Below the pieces are notes generated by a model. That model had not been told where the DNA came from. It saw only the letters and a list, made by a program, of their open reading frames with translations, and did no database searches. Shown one piece after another: positions 61,006 through 64,000 of a stretch of DNA of 64,000 bases. Source of the stretch: Schizosaccharomyces osmophilus (Eukaryota); NCBI RefSeq assembly GCF_027921745.1, contig NC_079238.1, forward strand, positions 2,170,001-2,234,000, read 5' to 3'. The first letter of the stretch is position 1, and each line of letters begins with the position of its first letter. The translations under genes and the position numbers were made by a program.

Positions 61006-64000
61006 TCAAGTTCGGAAACCATCATCCAACTGTTTTTGAACTTCATCAGATTTGTGAGGTAATAAAGAAAGCGCGTAAGCAACATGATTCCATTGCCTCT
61101 GACTCTTGCACCGAAGTAAGCGTGCAGATAGACGTTCTGTTAATTGTTTCGTATAACGCTCTTTTTCAATGAAGGACATTAGGAATCTGACGATGTGTTT
61201 AAACTTCGTATCCTCTTCGTCTTGATCCTCTGAACTTTTAGATAAAACACTAAAAATATCAATGAAATTATTGTATACAGAGTTATCTTTGGCTGAAAAG
61301 TCCGTAAAGAACATCCTAGCTAAATCAGCAATTCGAGCATCTTCATCCTCTAATGACCTTGCCATAATACCCAGTTGTCCCTTCACTTTAATCTGACCAG
61401 CCAAAATTAAGAATGCAAGAGTCATGAAACAAGTTTTTTTCACGGATGGATCAGGATCCAACAGTCTTCTGTATAGAAACTCGGAAATTTCATCAATAAA
61501 ATGGTTAAAGCAAACGGTCAAATCTGCCAAGGCAATTACGAGATTATTTCTGATCAATGGATTGTCGCATTTTTCCAATATTGTAATAAGTAATGGTAAA
61601 TTTTCCATACAAAAGTTATTTGACAAGCACATAAACTTCGCTAATGTCAACGAAGATGCAACCAACAGACTATCATTATGAGATCCCGTATGATGCGAAC
61701 AAACTTCTACTACCAAAGGAGCGAAACGAGACAATAACGAATTTTCTCCATACAGCAATTCTCTTTCACGGATGAATGTCATAGCCTCAGCAAAATCATC
61801 TTCACTTGTTCCAGTAATTAAATCAAACTCGGATTGGTTGGCACTTTTATCATTGGATTCAGTGGGGTTTTTCTCGGCATCTGCTTTTCTTCTTTTAAAT
61901 TCGGCCTCGCAATACTCAATGTAAACAAGTTGTTTTATAGCAACATGTCCGACAACAAAAATAAGATGGGCAAACTGCGTAGAAGCATTTTTCTCTTGCT
62001 CTGGTATATTTACGTCTTCGTCCATAGCATCTTCGTTGCTGTGTTCAGTAGCTTTCGTTCTTTCAAATAAATTCTTCGTTAATAAAATAATCACGTTTGT
62101 ACAGAGTTCATCAGGGTGCTTTGAAACCGCATAAATAGCGTCGATGATTTGTTCTTGAAGTCCAAACCATTCATCGGATGTGGAAGGCCTCAGCAATAAC
62201 ATGCAAAGCTTTTGACAAACTACATGAGAATTTTGAAATGTAATAACAGAAGCATTAGGAGAACTCTTTGATATTCTCTTGATGGTTATACAACTATATC
62301 GAGCAAGGACTAAATCGTCCAAGCCAGGAGCACCAAGTCCGATCTGTACCAAATAATCCAAACCTTGAATAATTATATCGTTGTTTCCTAGTGCAAGCAT
62401 ACTCAAAACGATTATTGCACCGCGACGCTGTGTTCTCGATATGTCCTTCTTCACATAACTATAAACCTGCCATAATTTAGTAACAACCAACGCAGGGAAA
62501 TAGTCTTGTTTCATTAAAATTGATAACATTTGTTCAAGCGACGTTAATTCAGCAAGACTCGAATCGTAAGTCAGAGATATTAAGTTTCTGGCCATGTAAT
62601 TAGCACGATCGTTTGCATCGCTTCCAGGAGGAGGTTGAAAAAATAGACTCTTATAGCAATTTAAAACGTGATTTTGTATACTGTTTCCTTCATCAGAAGT
62701 TCCTTTCACCCATATCAAATGAATCATTCGTTTGATATATTGTTTAGCAAAAGATAAATAAAAGGAACTGCAACAAACAAAGAAATCCATAGCTTCAATA
62801 ACCTCGCTCTTATTCTTTGCCGATAAAAGCTGACTTATAATTTTCGCTCCTTCTTCCAGAGTATCTATAAACTTAAGTGCTTCAACGTAAAAACGCTTGG
62901 TTAAATTAATTTTAACGATATCTTCGGCAGGAACAGAATCCGCGTATGCATTCAATGGGTCTTTTTCTTGGCTGCTTTCAAGATCCATAGATGCATTATC
63001 TTCCTCATCACGTATCATAGTAGCGTCTTCGAGTAAATTCTCATCAACACTACTTTCATAATCAGTGCTGGTAACGACGCGTTTTGGTTGAAGTGAACGC
63101 AACTGCTCTTCAACGAAACTGAGACCTTCTTCCCATACGCTTCTTGTAAGTATACCATTATGCATCACAGAAAATGGATGAGTGGTTAACAGCTTGGAAA
63201 AGAGTCGAATCGCGTTTCTTCGGACATGACTAGAACGATCTTGCATACAACGGATCGTAAGTTCTGCAATTTCTTGTCGCTTTTGAGGATACTTGATAGG
63301 TAACTCGAAAATCCGAACAAATACTTGAAGGATTTTTGTGCGACAATATGGACTGATGTCCAACAATCTATCTTCCAAAACTTCAAGAATACTTTGAACG
63401 TTTGAGGAAATGGACTCGGAATTATCTTCTTCTGAATCATCCTGAATAAGGTCAAGAATCACATTTCCAATCACTTCAATGATGGCGCATCTAAGTGTGT
63501 AGGATTCAGAATCTAGTAATTTTGTCAACAAGGTCAATTGCTTAAAGCATAAGTTCGGTAACAAAGAAGAGAGGTGAACCAGAAAAAGAGATACCTGTTT
63601 AGGCCCTTTTACATCGTTTTCACTGAATTCCAAAGAGCAAAGGGTATGAAGAATACCTTCAGCCAAAGGCGAAAATTCGTATCTCACTGTAGTTAGATGA
63701 ACCAAGTCGGCAAGATATTCAGCAAGATGCTCAAAATACTGAAGACTTTGTATAATTCGGGTTTCGGCAGCAGCAGTTTGGTGGTGATATTTCACTGCAA
63801 GGCTAATTAGGTCAAACATCCGTACTCTGAAGCCACTGTTTTTCATGTTTATTTCACTTTCCATCAAAGTATACACTTGTTTTAGAAAAAGAGAAATAAA
63901 CATATCCCTTTCAGAAGACGTGGTCCATACACGAGATAGCTTTTTCTGGAAAAGATTGCTGACGGAATCCAGAAAAGAATTTACGTGGATAAGACCATTC
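61006..64000 (-). CDS. cnd1: Condensin non-SMC HEAT subunit Cnd1 (CAP-D2); 5' end lies beyond the window
   Basis: Frame stays open to the window edge. LLDSESYTLRC, DRSSHVRRNAI..THPF, LAKFMCLS, LILAGQIKVKGQ, IADLARMFF. Confidence 0.95.
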   Translation of the reverse strand, partial: NGLIHVNSFLDSVSNLFQKKLSRVWTTSSERDMFISLFLKQVYTLMESEINMKNSGFRVRMFDLISLAVKYHHQTAAAETRIIQSLQYFEHLAEYLADLVHLTTVRYEFSPLAEGILHTLCSLEFSENDVKGPKQVSLFLVHLSSLLPNLCFKQLTLLTKLLDSESYTLRCAIIEVIGNVILDLIQDDSEEDNSESISSNVQSILEVLEDRLLDISPYCRTKILQVFVRIFELPIKYPQKRQEIAELTIRCMQDRSSHVRRNAIRLFSKLLTTHPFSVMHNGILTRSVWEEGLSFVEEQLRSLQPKRVVTSTDYESSVDENLLEDATMIRDEEDNASMDLESSQEKDPLNAYADSVPAEDIVKINLTKRFYVEALKFIDTLEEGAKIISQLLSAKNKSEVIEAMDFFVCCSSFYLSFAKQYIKRMIHLIWVKGTSDEGNSIQNHVLNCYKSLFFQPPPGSDANDRANYMARNLISLTYDSSLAELTSLEQMLSILMKQDYFPALVVTKLWQVYSYVKKDISRTQRRGAIIVLSMLALGNNDIIIQGLDYLVQIGLGAPGLDDLVLARYSCITIKRISKSSPNASVITFQNSHVVCQKLCMLLLRPSTSDEWFGLQEQIIDAIYAVSKHPDELCTNVIILLTKNLFERTKATEHSNEDAMDEDVNIPEQEKNASTQFAHLIFVVGHVAIKQLVYIEYCEAEFKRRKADAEKNPTESNDKSANQSEFDLITGTSEDDFAEAMTFIRERELLYGENSLLSRFAPLVVEVCSHHTGSHNDSLLVASSLTLAKFMCLSNNFCMENLPLLITILEKCDNPLIRNNLVIALADLTVCFNHFIDEISEFLYRRLLDPDPSVKKTCFMTLAFLILAGQIKVKGQLGIMARSLEDEDARIADLARMFFTDFSAKDNSVYNNFIDIFSVLSKSSEDQDEEDTKFKHIVRFLMSFIEKERYTKQLTERLSARLLRCKSQRQWNHVAYALSLLPHKSDEVQKQLDDGFRT

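Overview
AT-rich, intron-containing fungal DNA from a fission yeast (Schizosaccharomyces). It is most likely the S. octosporus/osmophilus/cryophilus clade rather than S. pombe, judged from the 5-exon wtf gene flanked by 5S rDNA. The gene order matches what I recall of S. pombe chromosome II: spt7, cct7, cdc20/pol2, cox20, tRNA-Arg, mug16, tsr4-like, gga22, rps4, mcs6, meu22, a small ORF, U5 snRNA, lcl3, yap18, spn7, a decayed kinase at the ppk24 position, cdc7, ral2, med8, an EVE-domain gene, rtc5, mis17, pmh1, rrp7, mis20?, kgd2, plh1, cnd1. The standout is an accessory island at about 51.2-55.7 kb that the ORF track only shows as fragments. It holds an intact 5-exon wtf poison-antidote meiotic-driver gene (51867-53052) between two direct-repeat 5S rRNA genes, one of them degenerate. 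Next to it is a convergent, PY-motif-bearing multi-pass membrane gene (DUF999-like, possibly wag) broken by two in-frame stop codons. Other points of interest are a kinase pseudogene, a 4-nt micro-exon, a 15-bp tail-to-tail CDS overlap, and Mei4 FLEX boxes at the meiotic genes. All gene names come from motif recognition and remembered synteny; no database search was run.
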